Origin: a virus
Lineage: Duplodnaviria > Caudoviricetes
DNA length: 64,000 bases
Strand: one strand, 5' to 3'
IMG/VR virus record: IMGVR_UViG_3300025000_000055
Part shown: piece after piece, positions 9,866-21,300 of the stretch
Numbering within the stretch: the stretch's first letter is position 1
Layout of the letters: the number at the start of each line of letters is the position of its first letter
Program-made: the position numbers and the translations under genes
The notes under the pieces: model-generated
Database searches by the model: none
Told to the model about the DNA's origin: nothing
The model's input: the letters and a program-made list of their open reading frames with translations, nothing else

Positions 9866-10987
9866 AAACTAAATGCCCATTTATATGGTGACATATAAGT
9901 GAATCTTCTTTAATTGTCGGGGAAGCTCTTAGAGCCTAAAACTACTAAATTATTAGTAATAATGTTTTAGGATTGGGTGATCCGCAGCTAATAATTAATA
10001 TACGTTAACTATGATAAAACTATTAAAAGAAAGGAGGAAAAAATATGTTATATGTCTTTTGTGGTAATAAAGAGTTTTGGGTTGATTTAAATTATGATAT
10101 AATATTATCTATATATCAAATAAGTTTTTATGGTAATATTATTAATAAAGAAAATGGTAAAATATTAAAAGGTCATATTGATAAAAAAGGTTATGTTCAA
10201 GTTATGTTAAAAACAGTAGAAAAAAGAATTAAAAAATACAGAATACATGTTTTAGTAGCAAATACTTTTTTAAAATTTCAAAAAAGTGAAATTAATAATA
10301 CTGTAAATCATAAAAATGTAAAAAGTAAAAAAGATAAAATTAATAATAATGTTAATAATCTAAAGTGGGTTAGTAATGCAGCTAATAATAAACACGCAAA
10401 AGAAAATGGTTTAATTCATAAAGGTGAAGAATGTCATAATTCTATTTTCAGTAATAAAGAAATTCATAAAATATGTCAAATGCTTCAACACGAATATTCT
10501 TATTCTGAAATAATAAAAGAATTAAAATTAAACGATAATAAAAATATACGAGCTTCTTTATATAGAATAAGAAAAAGGATATCATGGGCACATATTAGTA
10601 AAAATTATTTTTGGAATGATTCTTATAGTTCGAATGGTAAAAGAAAATTAAAATCTTATAAAAAAATAAATGAAATGAAAGAATTAATATTAAGAAATTA
10701 TTCGTTTAATGATATATGTAGAATTTTATTAATTAGAAATAATTCTAATAATAGAGACATATATCGTAATATAAAAGATGGAAATGCGTATATTGATTAA
10801 AGTTCAACGACTATCCTTTAGCTTTGAAATAAGCAACAGGAGTAGGGCCTAAGTAGGTGGGTGAAAGTCCCTTAAATCGAAATAGGAAGTATCTTTATGA
10901 GATGAAGATATAGTCTAGTATCCTATAGAAATATAGGGAAGTTCATAAGAGAACTGCATAGATTAACGACCTATGTGAATTTTTACG
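9866..10987 (+). mobile_element. group I intron 2 in the beta gene (1122 nt) with HNH gene
   Basis: U|...G| boundaries give VVKNG|AGGFFLSN; conserved P/Q/R/S elements; P7 10809-10814/10910-10915. Confidence 0.92.
10045..10800 (+). CDS. HNH homing endonuclease
   Basis: GYVQVML, RIHVLVANTF, VNHKN...NNVNNLKWVS...NNKH; C-terminal HTH-like region; AAGGAGG SD. Confidence 0.9.
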   Translation: MLYVFCGNKEFWVDLNYDIILSIYQISFYGNIINKENGKILKGHIDKKGYVQVMLKTVEKRIKKYRIHVLVANTFLKFQKSEINNTVNHKNVKSKKDKINNNVNNLKWVSNAANNKHAKENGLIHKGEECHNSIFSNKEIHKICQMLQHEYSYSEIIKELKLNDNKNIRASLYRIRKRISWAHISKNYFWNDSYSSNGKRKLKSYKKINEMKELILRNYSFNDICRILLIRNNSNNRDIYRNIKDGNAYID

Positions 10988-11932
10988 GCCGGAGGTTTCT
11001 TTTTATCAAATAAGTTATCATGTGATTTGAAATTAGGGCAAAAAATAAAGAAAAAAGATATATTGGCTTATGATAGTAATTTTTTTAGTAATAATAAATT
11101 ATATGGTAATAGATTTAATATTGGTTCATTGCAGAAAATAGCCTGTATGTCCTCTTATTCAACATATGAAGATTCTACGTTTGTTAGTAAAAAATTAAGT
11201 GAAGATATGGCAACATATATTGTTATGGAAAAACCAGTTACTTTAGGTAAAAATGCTAATGTTGACTATATAGTTGAAATAGGTCAAAATGTTAGTGTTG
11301 GGGATGAGCTAATTAGATTTGAAATTTCATTTAAAGATGATTCATTAAATAAATTTCTTTCAAATGTTGGAGACGAGTTAAAAGAAGAGATTAAAGCAAT
11401 GGGTAAGACACCTATTAAAACTAAACACTCAGGTGTAATTGAAGATATTAAAGTATATTCAACTGTAGATATTGAAGAATTATCTCCTACATTAAAAAAG
11501 ATTGTTAACGATTATTATGACAGAATTAATAGGAAGAAAAAAGTTCTTAATAAATATGATAAAAGTGACTCTGTTTATAAATGTGGTATAATGGTAAATG
11601 AACCTGTTGGTAAGATTGAAAGTAAAGATGGTAAAGTTAAAGGTCATACTGTTAATTCAGGGGTTTTAATAATATTTTATATTAAATATAAAGATACAGT
11701 TGGTGTTGGAGATAAAATATGTTTCTTTACTGCATTAAAATCTATTTCCGGTGAAGTTATACCTGAGGGATATGAGCCATATTCTTTATTTAGACCGGAT
11801 GAAGAAGTATCTTCAGTAGTTGCCCCAGGAGCAGTAATGAATAGAATGACTCCATCTGTTATATTGTCAATGTTTGGTAATAAGGTATTAATAGAATTAA
11901 AAAGGAAATTAAAAGACGTCTATGAAGAATAA
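10988..11932 (+). CDS. rpoB: RNAP beta-like subunit, exon 3 of 3
   Basis: YEDS, VGVGDKI and NRMTPS correspond to beta conserved regions H/I. Confidence 0.9.
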   Translation, partial: AGGFFLSNKLSCDLKLGQKIKKKDILAYDSNFFSNNKLYGNRFNIGSLQKIACMSSYSTYEDSTFVSKKLSEDMATYIVMEKPVTLGKNANVDYIVEIGQNVSVGDELIRFEISFKDDSLNKFLSNVGDELKEEIKAMGKTPIKTKHSGVIEDIKVYSTVDIEELSPTLKKIVNDYYDRINRKKKVLNKYDKSDSVYKCGIMVNEPVGKIESKDGKVKGHTVNSGVLIIFYIKYKDTVGVGDKICFFTALKSISGEVIPEGYEPYSLFRPDEEVSSVVAPGAVMNRMTPSVILSMFGNKVLIELKRKLKDVYEE

Positions 11933-11950
11933 TAAAGGAATGTTAAAAAT

Positions 11951-12205
11951 ATGATAAGTGAACATAATTGTGCAAAATGTGTATGTACAATATGTAATAA
12001 TCTTCGTGGTAAAGAAGGCCATGTGACATGCCAATTAACCACATGTCAGAATTCTATATGTAATGTAAAAAAAGCAGAAGATTGTAGATATTTTACATCA
12101 TTACCTATAAAACAATTCAACATCTTTTTTAAAGTTAAAAATGTATTAAAAAAGATATGTGAATGGATAAATAAGAATTTATTAGAAAAAATACTAAAAA
12201 AATAA
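11951..12205 (+). CDS. small Cys-rich protein, possibly metal-binding (84 aa)
   Basis: CAKCVCTIC...CQLTTCQNSIC...C; AAAGGA SD. Confidence 0.7.
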   Translation: MISEHNCAKCVCTICNNLRGKEGHVTCQLTTCQNSICNVKKAEDCRYFTSLPIKQFNIFFKVKNVLKKICEWINKNLLEKILKK

Positions 12206-12210
12206 ATATA

Positions 12211-12247
12211 ATAAAATCAATAGAGAATAATTCTCTATTGATTTTAT
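12211..12247. terminator. 17-bp stem hairpin terminator
   Basis: ATAAAATCAATAGAGAA-TAA-TTCTCTATTGATTTTAT. Confidence 0.75.
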
Positions 12248-12277
12248 TTTTACATTATCATTTTTTCTTTATTAAAA

Positions 12278-12289
12278 AACATTAATTTA
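12278..12289 (+). promoter_or_regulatory. late-type promoter AACA-N6-TA
   Basis: AACATTAATTTA ahead of the tape-measure SD. Confidence 0.6.
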
Positions 12290-12325
12290 AACAATCAATT
12301 TTAATGAGAGGAGTTGTAAAATAAG

Positions 12326-15300
12326 ATGGCAATAAAAAATAGAACTAAGATTAAGACTAAATCACCTACAGCTTTAAGTTGGTTTAAAAATGTTGGAAAA
12401 TCTTTAGGTTATACTACAACTGAATTAATTGAAGAAATGATTCCAGCCCCAATAGATTTTATTAAAAGTAACACAGAAACATTTAAAAACTTTTATAATG
12501 ATTTAAGACAAAGTAAATCTTTAAGTAAAAAATTATCAGATCAGATAGTAAAGAATGAATATATTAATATAGGTCAAACAGCAATAAAAAATGCTTTAAA
12601 AGATATTAAATCGGGTAAAATTTATAATAAAGGTAGACAGGAAGAAATATTTAATGATGATATTGATTTTGAATTTGGTGATGATTTAAATATTGATAAT
12701 GATGATTATAAAGTATCATCAGAAACAATGTCTGATTCTAGTAGTTCACCTACTGTTAATAGAGTTGTAGTTTCTTCCAATATAAATAAAAATAATCCTA
12801 TGGTTAAAGCAGTAGAAAGACAAACCGAAGCTTTATATAATACAACTCAAGCTAGTGATAAAATATCTATATCCTTAGCTACTAATCATATGATGATAAA
12901 TAGAAAACTTGGAGAAGATTTAAATAGAGGTTTAAGTGCTATAAATGATAATCTAAGTCTACTTGTTAACTTCCAAAGTGAATCAATGACTAGATATATA
13001 AGCACTACTTTTAAATACTATGAAGAAAGTTTAAATCTATTTAATAATATTCATAGTGAAATGAAAAAAGGGGTTTCAGAAGAAAAGATTGTTAAAGAAA
13101 AAGTCGATCCCATGGATTCAGTCTTTTTATCTAAAGGTGGACTAAATATATCCGGTTATGCTAATTTAATTAAAAGACAATTTGGTGCAGCTGTAGATCA
13201 AGATATGATATTGTCTCAACTAAAATATATGTTATCAGATAAAGATCAATTAAAATTTTTAGCTGCTTCACCTATAAGTTTTCTATCCACTAAAATAGTA
13301 TCTGCATTTATTCCTTCTATGTTAAAACAAACTTTAACTAGTATGAATAAAAGTTTTGAGAATTTCTTTCCAGCTTTATTAATGAAAGCTAATAGAATGA
13401 TTGGTTCTCAAAACCCTATACTTAATTTTTTAGGTCAGGTTTTTGGTATAAATGTAAAACAAAAATCATCTGTTGATTTATCTCAATATGAAAAGGGTGC
13501 AGTTCCTTTTGATGGATATACAAAGAAATCTATTACAGAAGTTATACCAGGATATTTAAGAAAAATATTAGCTGCATTAAATGGTAAAGAAGAAGTTGCT
13601 TTTGATTATGATAATGGTGTTTTTAAATCTATGGATTCTATGCAAAAAGATTTTCAAAGCACTATGAATAGAAGTATTCTAAGTAGTTTTTCAGATGTTA
13701 TAAGTGAAATAAAAGATAAAGCTAATGCTTTTAATATTCAAAATGATGAGGAAAGAAAAAAATTTAATAAAGACCTAGAGACTTTTTTCTTAAAGTTACC
13801 AGGTTTAAATAAATTAATAAATCCAGTAAGAACTAAAGATAGAAATGGTGTTAATATAAATGAATTAAAAGATGTTCATGATTTTGGTAGTGAAGAAATG
13901 AATAATTTCTTCAGACAGTTAGTATTATCACTTGATAAAGGTGATATACAAAAAATGTTTGGTACTGATGTATTAAACGCTAGAAAAAATAAAGAAAAAA
14001 TATTTAATGAAGCTGAAACAAATCCACTAAGATATAATGCTGCTTTAGTTAATAATCAATTAAATTTTGATGACCATATTAAAAGAAATAAATATAATCG
14101 AGGTCAATTTGAAGTAAAGAAAGGTTTTGGTGTTTTATCCAAAACAGATCAATTCAATAAAATTGATTTAGATTATTTACGTGATATTAAAGAAATTCTA
14201 TTAAAGGGTATTAAAGTCTTTCCAATAACTCAATTAATTAATCCGGATGGAACAATAACCCAACCTAATTTTAACTATCATGAGAGACAATTAAGGAGGA
14301 TGGAAACTGAAAGAAGAGAAAGAGATAGAAAATTTAAAGTAAAAAAACAACAAGATACTGAAATTACACCTGAGTTGGAAAGAATAAATAGACAACAAGG
14401 AAGAAGAATTTTAAATAGATTATCAGATTCAGATATTTCTCCTGAAGAAATGAGAGACCAAATTAGAATATTTGATGAACAAAGAAGAAGTGATTCTGAA
14501 CGAGATAGACGACAACAAAGTGGTTGGTTAAGTAGTTTTATATCTGGTGATATGCAAACTAAATATAATTTATTAAGAGAAAAAGTAAGAGATATTTTTA
14601 ATACTCCAGCTAAATTACTTAATACTGTATTTAAAAAAATAGATGATAGTATGTTTAAAATAATTTTTGGTGATGAAGAAGGTGGTGGTACCACATCTTT
14701 TCTTAGTAGAACATGGGCATTGATGCAAAGTAAGTTTCAAACAATGTCTGAATGGTTTAAAGATAAAATATTTACACCTATTAGAGAATCTTTATTTGGT
14801 CCTAATGGGTTTATAACTAAATTAAAAGATTCTGATTTTTTTAAAGGGATTAAATCTAATTTTGGTAAATTAACAGATTTTTTATTTGGGTTAAAGGATT
14901 CTACTGGTAAAAGAAAAGGTGGGATATTTTCAGACACAGCAAATAATCTTTTAGATATTTTTGATGGTGCTAAATATTATTTTACTGGTAGAGCTTATAT
15001 AAATAGATCTGGTGTTTCTTTTCCTAGTAATAATAAAAGTGTATTTGGTGAATTAAAGTCAATGTTTGGTGGTTTTAAAGATACTATAAAATCTTATTTA
15101 TTTGGTAGAAGATCACAAGATGGTAATATACAAGAAACAGGAGTTCTTTCATCAGCTGTTAATAGTATAAAAGATGGTTTTCAAAATTTTTCAGATGCTA
15201 TTTTTGGTCCACGAAAAATTGGTGGAAAAGATAATAAAAACTATTTGATAGTTGGAGACTTATTTAAAAAGTTTAAAGAAAGATTACCTAAAGCATTGTC

Positions 15301-18300
15301 TTTTGGCATTCTCGGAGCCGGTAGTGGGTTGTTAATGGGTGGTAAGTTAGGTTTATTAGGTTCATTATTTTTACCCGGTGGTCCTATTGGTGGAGCTATT
15401 GTTGGTACCACAGTTGGTTTTCTATCACAATCGGATAGATTTAAAGATTGGTTATTTGGTCCTAAAGATATTAATAATAATCATATTGGTGGTTTTATTA
15501 ACAAGAAAACTCAAGAGTTCTTTAAAAAGAATAAGGTAGGTATTATTGGTGGTGCAAGTTTAGGAGCTCTTAAATCTATATTAGGATTTGGATTTTTACC
15601 ATCATTCTTTTTACCCGGTGGTCCTATTGGTGGTGCATTATTTGGTGCGAGTATATCAATGTTAGCTAGTTCAGAAAAATTTAAGAAATTTATGTTTGGT
15701 GATTTACAAGCAGACGGAAATAGACTTGGAGGTATAGCTCAAAAAATATTTGGTAAAGTTGATAAAACTAAAGCTAAAAAAATGTTTGGTAATGTTAGTG
15801 CTGGTATATTAGGTGGAGCTAGTATAGGGTTAATTACAAGCAAATTTGGTTTATTAGGTGCCGCTTTATTACCTGGTGGACCATTAGGTGGAGCTTTATT
15901 AGGAGCTGCTGCCGGTATAGCTTTATCATCTGAGAAATGGAAGAAAATGTTGTTTGGTGAATTTGATGATGAAACTCAATTGAGAAAAGGTGGTTTATTA
16001 GGTAAAGTTATTAATTGGACTAATTTAGAAGTAGTTCAACCTATTAAAATAAAATTACAAGAAATAAATCTAAATGTTAAAGAATGGTTTACAAGAAGTA
16101 TAGCTAATCCATTTCTTAATGCAATTGATCCAATTAAACATGAAATAAAATTAATGATAAGAAGTTTAAAAGATAATTTTGTAGAAGGTTGGACTAGTTT
16201 TAAAATTTTTATCGGTGATGTATTTGAAAAACATGTAGGTATGCCTTTTGGTAAATTTATGGAAGATAAGGTTATGAAACCATTAAGAGGTTTCATGTCA
16301 AAAATATTAGGTGGTATTGGTAGAATAGTTGGTAGTATTGTATCCGCTCCATTTAAAGGAATGGAGGGGCTATCAAGAGGTTTGACAAAAAAACATATGC
16401 AAGCTGGTTTAGATGCTTATGTTGAAGAAGGTTGGAACGATCTACTTGATTTTAAAGGTAGAAGACAACGTGGGGAAAAAATAGGTTTCTTTGGTGGATT
16501 AAAGAAATTTAAAGACATTTATTTTAATAGACAAGCTAGAGATAACGCTAGAAATAGTAGTCAAGGTGCTCCATATGCTAGACAATTGGAAATTGATAGA
16601 CAAAGAAGAGAAGATGAAGCTAATGTTGAATTTGGTGCTAAAAGAGAAGATATAAGAAAAATGTGGAGTGCGTGGAAAGATAGAAAAAGAGCCGGTATTA
16701 ATAATAATTATGATAATTTTAGTCCTGATGGAAAAGTTGTTAGAGAACAATATTTATCTCCAGAAGAACGAAGAGTTGAACAAATGACCTCAAATCCAAT
16801 TAATGATACTACTTATAATATAAATAGTAGAACTGGCAGAAGGAGAAGAGGTAGACCTAATCCTAAACCTGTAAATGACCAAAGTGTAATAATATTACCT
16901 GGTTCAGTTCAACAAGGTGATACAACAATTGTTGATGATGTTACTAATGTTATAAATAACAGAAATGGTAGTAGAAGAAGGGGTAAAAAATCAACAACAA
17001 CTTCATCTATAAATCAACCCATTATTAATCAACAACAAACTCAAGACACATCTATAATACAACCAACTATTAGTCAAAGTCAACAACCTACTAAAAAAAC
17101 ATCTACACGTAGAATTAAATCAAAAGATGAATTAATAATACAAATAGCAGGTGATGTAAGAACTATTGCTAAAGAAGTTAATGGTCAATTAGATGGTGTC
17201 GGTGGTAATGTTTATAAAATAAGAAAATTAATTCAGTCTCAACAGGGTATAAGTGACGAAGATTTAAGTGGAAGTTCAAATAGAGATAGAGTTGGATTCT
17301 TTGGTAAAGTAAGAAGAATGCTATATAAACCTATAGACACTATTAAAGAGAAAGTTATGGGATCTATTCAATTTGTAACTGATAAAATTACTTCTGTTGG
17401 TAAAAAAATATTTGATTTTAGTAAAACAATATTAGTTACTATACCTAAACAAATATTTTCAACTATGTATAATATAGGTTCTGAAATATTATCAATTGGT
17501 AAAGAAACGTTTCTTACTATAGTTAAATTACCAGGACAATTATTAAATTTATTTGCTCAAACTACAAAAATATTTGCTGAATCATTAAAAATGGTAGTAC
17601 CTGCTATTGGAGAAACTCTTAAAGGTGTAGCTAAATTATTCTCAGGTGCAATGGGAATGGTTAGCGAAGCAATGATAGGTGTTGGTAAAGGAATAGGTCA
17701 AGTTGCTTTTAGTATTGGTGAGGTTATTGGCTCAACTTTATCTGCTTTTACTAAAAGTATAATGAATATAGTTCCAGTTGTAGGAGACTTCTTATTAACT
17801 TCCAGTAAAATGATTATGGATTTTGGATTTGGTATAATTAAAAATGTTGGTAGTTTATTAACAAGTGTTACTAAATCTTTATTTAGTATAGCAACTTCAC
17901 CACTTAGATTTGCAGCGGATATGCTTGGTAGAGCTGTAGGTGTTAATAGATCGGAAATGTATATTACAGGTGGTATTATTGATGTGGTTAAGAAAATTGG
18001 AGATACCAGCTCTGATTTTACACAAAGTCCAAAAAGTAATAGAAATAATTTATTTAATAATTCAGATAATATAGTTATACCAGTTAGAGTAGATGGAATT
18101 ACTTCAGTTAGAATTGTTGGTTTAGATAAACCTGTTCCAGTTTATTTTAATATGAATACAAATCAAAATCAACGTAGAATTAGTTCATCAAATATTCCAG
18201 GTTTAAATAATATAGGGAATAATGGTAATTATTTAACATCATCTTTAATAAATGCACTTGATATATTTGATACACAAAATGATGAAGAAGAAAATAATAA

Positions 18301-21300
18301 ACAAGCTGAAAAAGATAGACAAAAAGAATTATATCAAAATCAATTACAAGTTTCTAGGAAAACATCAGGGTTTTTAATAGCTCAAAATACTTTAAGAAAT
18401 GAGAAAGAATTTACTAGAAATAATGAAATAAGACAAACCTCATTACTACAAAACATTGCTGATACATCTAAAGGTCATTATGACAGCTGGTTATCAATAT
18501 TTGGGGTTAAAGGTGCTTTAACAACAGCATTATTATTAGCATTACCTTTTTTGAAAGATATTATTCAATGGGTTAAAAATAATTTTCCTTTTGGTGGTTC
18601 CAATTCTGGAATTGTTGATAAGGCTTTAGGTTTAATAGAAAAAAATGATACTAGTCGAAATGATGTGGATGAAAATGGAGTAGCAACTAAAAAAATTATA
18701 AATGCTCAAGGTAGAGAAAGTTATATTAAAGGTTCTGGTATTTTAATTAGAAGAAATGGACCAAAAATTTTAGAGTCTTTAAGTAAAGGTAAAGATAAGT
18801 TTGTAAATTCTAGTATCGTAAAAAATATTAGTAAGTATAGCTCAGATTTAAAAAATAAATTCTTTTCATCAGGTAGAACTGGAGTAATTGATGCTTCTTT
18901 TAGAGTTATTGATGATACTGGTAGAATTGTTAGAGAAGTTACTGTCAATGATTCTAATAAAATTATTCAAGCTATTAAAAATACTTTTGAGAAATTCTTT
19001 AATAATGCATTTGTTAGAGAAAAATTGGGTTCATCTGCATCAAAAATAGCTAGTAAAATAATAGGGGTTGTTACTAAAGTATTTAATTATAAAACTATAA
19101 TTAATCATATGGGTAAATTATCAAAAGCTTTTTTAAGAACAGGTGCCATTGTATTTGCAGCTCCAGTAATAATAACATGGGATTTAGCTACAGGTGCATA
19201 TGAAGCATCTAGAATATTTAGAGTTAGAAATGAATCAGTTGATGAAAAAATGAGAATAGCCTCATCTATAACTAAATCATTAATAGGATTCTTTCCTGTA
19301 ATAGATATAATATCAGAAATATTTAATGAACAAACCGGTATGAGTTTAAAACAATATGTTGCTACAACAATTTATTCAACATTAGCTTCATCTGAAGAAT
19401 TAAATAAATTAGAATTAAATAAAAAGGTATTTGAAGATGATAAGAATAAATATAATGAAGAGAATGGTACTGAGTTATCTTTAAATGCTTATAACGATAG
19501 GCAAAATAAAACTTTCTTCCAGAAATTTATCAGTAATCCTTTGTCTAAAACTAAAGATTTTTTATCTAAAAATTGGGATGATAGTAAAAAACAATGGAAT
19601 GTAGGTAAAAATTTTGCTTTAAGAACAGGACATAACATTGGCACTAGTTTATCTAAGAATTGGGATAGTTTTAAAGGAGGTTTTAGTAGAGGTTTTAATA
19701 TGATGGGTAATGATATTTCTGGAGCATTTTTTAATACAAATGAACGGTTGAAAACAATTAAGAATAGTTTATCTAAAAATTGGGAAGATTTACAAGAAAA
19801 TAGTAATAAGCAGTGGGTTAATATGAAAGGTTTTGTTTCTAAATCTTTAACTGATACTAATAATACTTTAGGTAAATTATTTGGATATAAAGATGAAGAA
19901 GGAAATGACGTTAGTTTTACAGAAGGATTTAATATAGGTTTTAAGGGAATTATAAAAGGTATTAGAGATAGTTGGAAAGAAATTGCTGATGGTGCTAAAT
20001 TTTATTGGGATAACACAAAAGCATTTACTGAAAAGAAATGGAAAGAATTAACTGAGAAACTCCCAAAAGCATTTGAAAGTTTAGATAATTGGTTAGGTGA
20101 ATTACTAGGATTTAAAGATAAAGATGGTAATAATTTATCTCTATCTGACTATGCAAATAATAAAATTAGTGGTATTAAAAAATATTTTTCTAAAGATGGA
20201 TACAATGGTTCATCATCATTCTTTAGTGGAAGAGGTGGGAATGGAAATGGTGGTTTTGGTGAAGAGCCAAATAAGCTTAATAATTTCAAATATTACTCAC
20301 AGTATGATGACAGATGGGGTAATTCAACTTATGATTTAAGTTCAGGTCATTCAGTTCACCCAACAATATCTGCTAGAGGTTGTGGACCAACTTCTATGGC
20401 AATGGTTGTTAGTCAATTAACAGGTAAACAATACGAACCACCCCAAATGGCTAAATTAGCTCAAGAGGGTGGGTATAGTACAAATGACGGCACAACATGG
20501 GGTTATTTTGATAGGGTTGCTAGGGACTTTAGTTTAAATAAAGAAACAATCAACCCTTCAAATATGCTTAATTATATTAATAAAGGTATGCCAGTAATCC
20601 TATCAGGTAAAAGAGATACCTATTCATTAAATGAATCCCCATTTACACCTGGTGGGCACTTTGTTGTTGCCGTTGGAAGAGATGATAAAGGTAATGTTTT
20701 AATAAATGATCCTAGAGGTTCTAAATTTTCTAAACCATATGATTTTAATAAAATTACTAAAGAAGCTAGACAGGGGTGGGCTTTTAGTTATAATGGTGGA
20801 GTTTTACCCCCTAATATAGTTTCATCAACAAATAGTAATATTATTTCTGAACAAAAACAATTATCTGTAATGGATCTATTCACCAAAATGTCAGAGGCTT
20901 TTACAATATATAACGAAAATGTAATGCTTGGAACAAATAAAAAATTATCATGGGATGACATTGAAGGAACTAGTAATGATTTCAATGTTTCAATATCAAC
21001 ATCTGAATCAAGTAGTTTATCTAATTTTATTCCTAAGAATTTACAAGAAGTCATTTTAAAGAAAACCTTAGAATTATCTATAGGTTCAGAATCATCAGGT
21101 GATTATACTAGTTCTAATAATGATACTAATGCATCTACAGGACGAAGAATTTCTCCATCTGTAGGTATTTTACAGTGGAGAGGTAATAATGCCAAATCAT
21201 TAATGCAAAGAATGTATGAACAATTGCCTGGTAATAGTGAAGCTAATTATTTTGCTAATCAAGTTGATTGGGGTAATCAAAATCCCTGGAATGATAGCCA

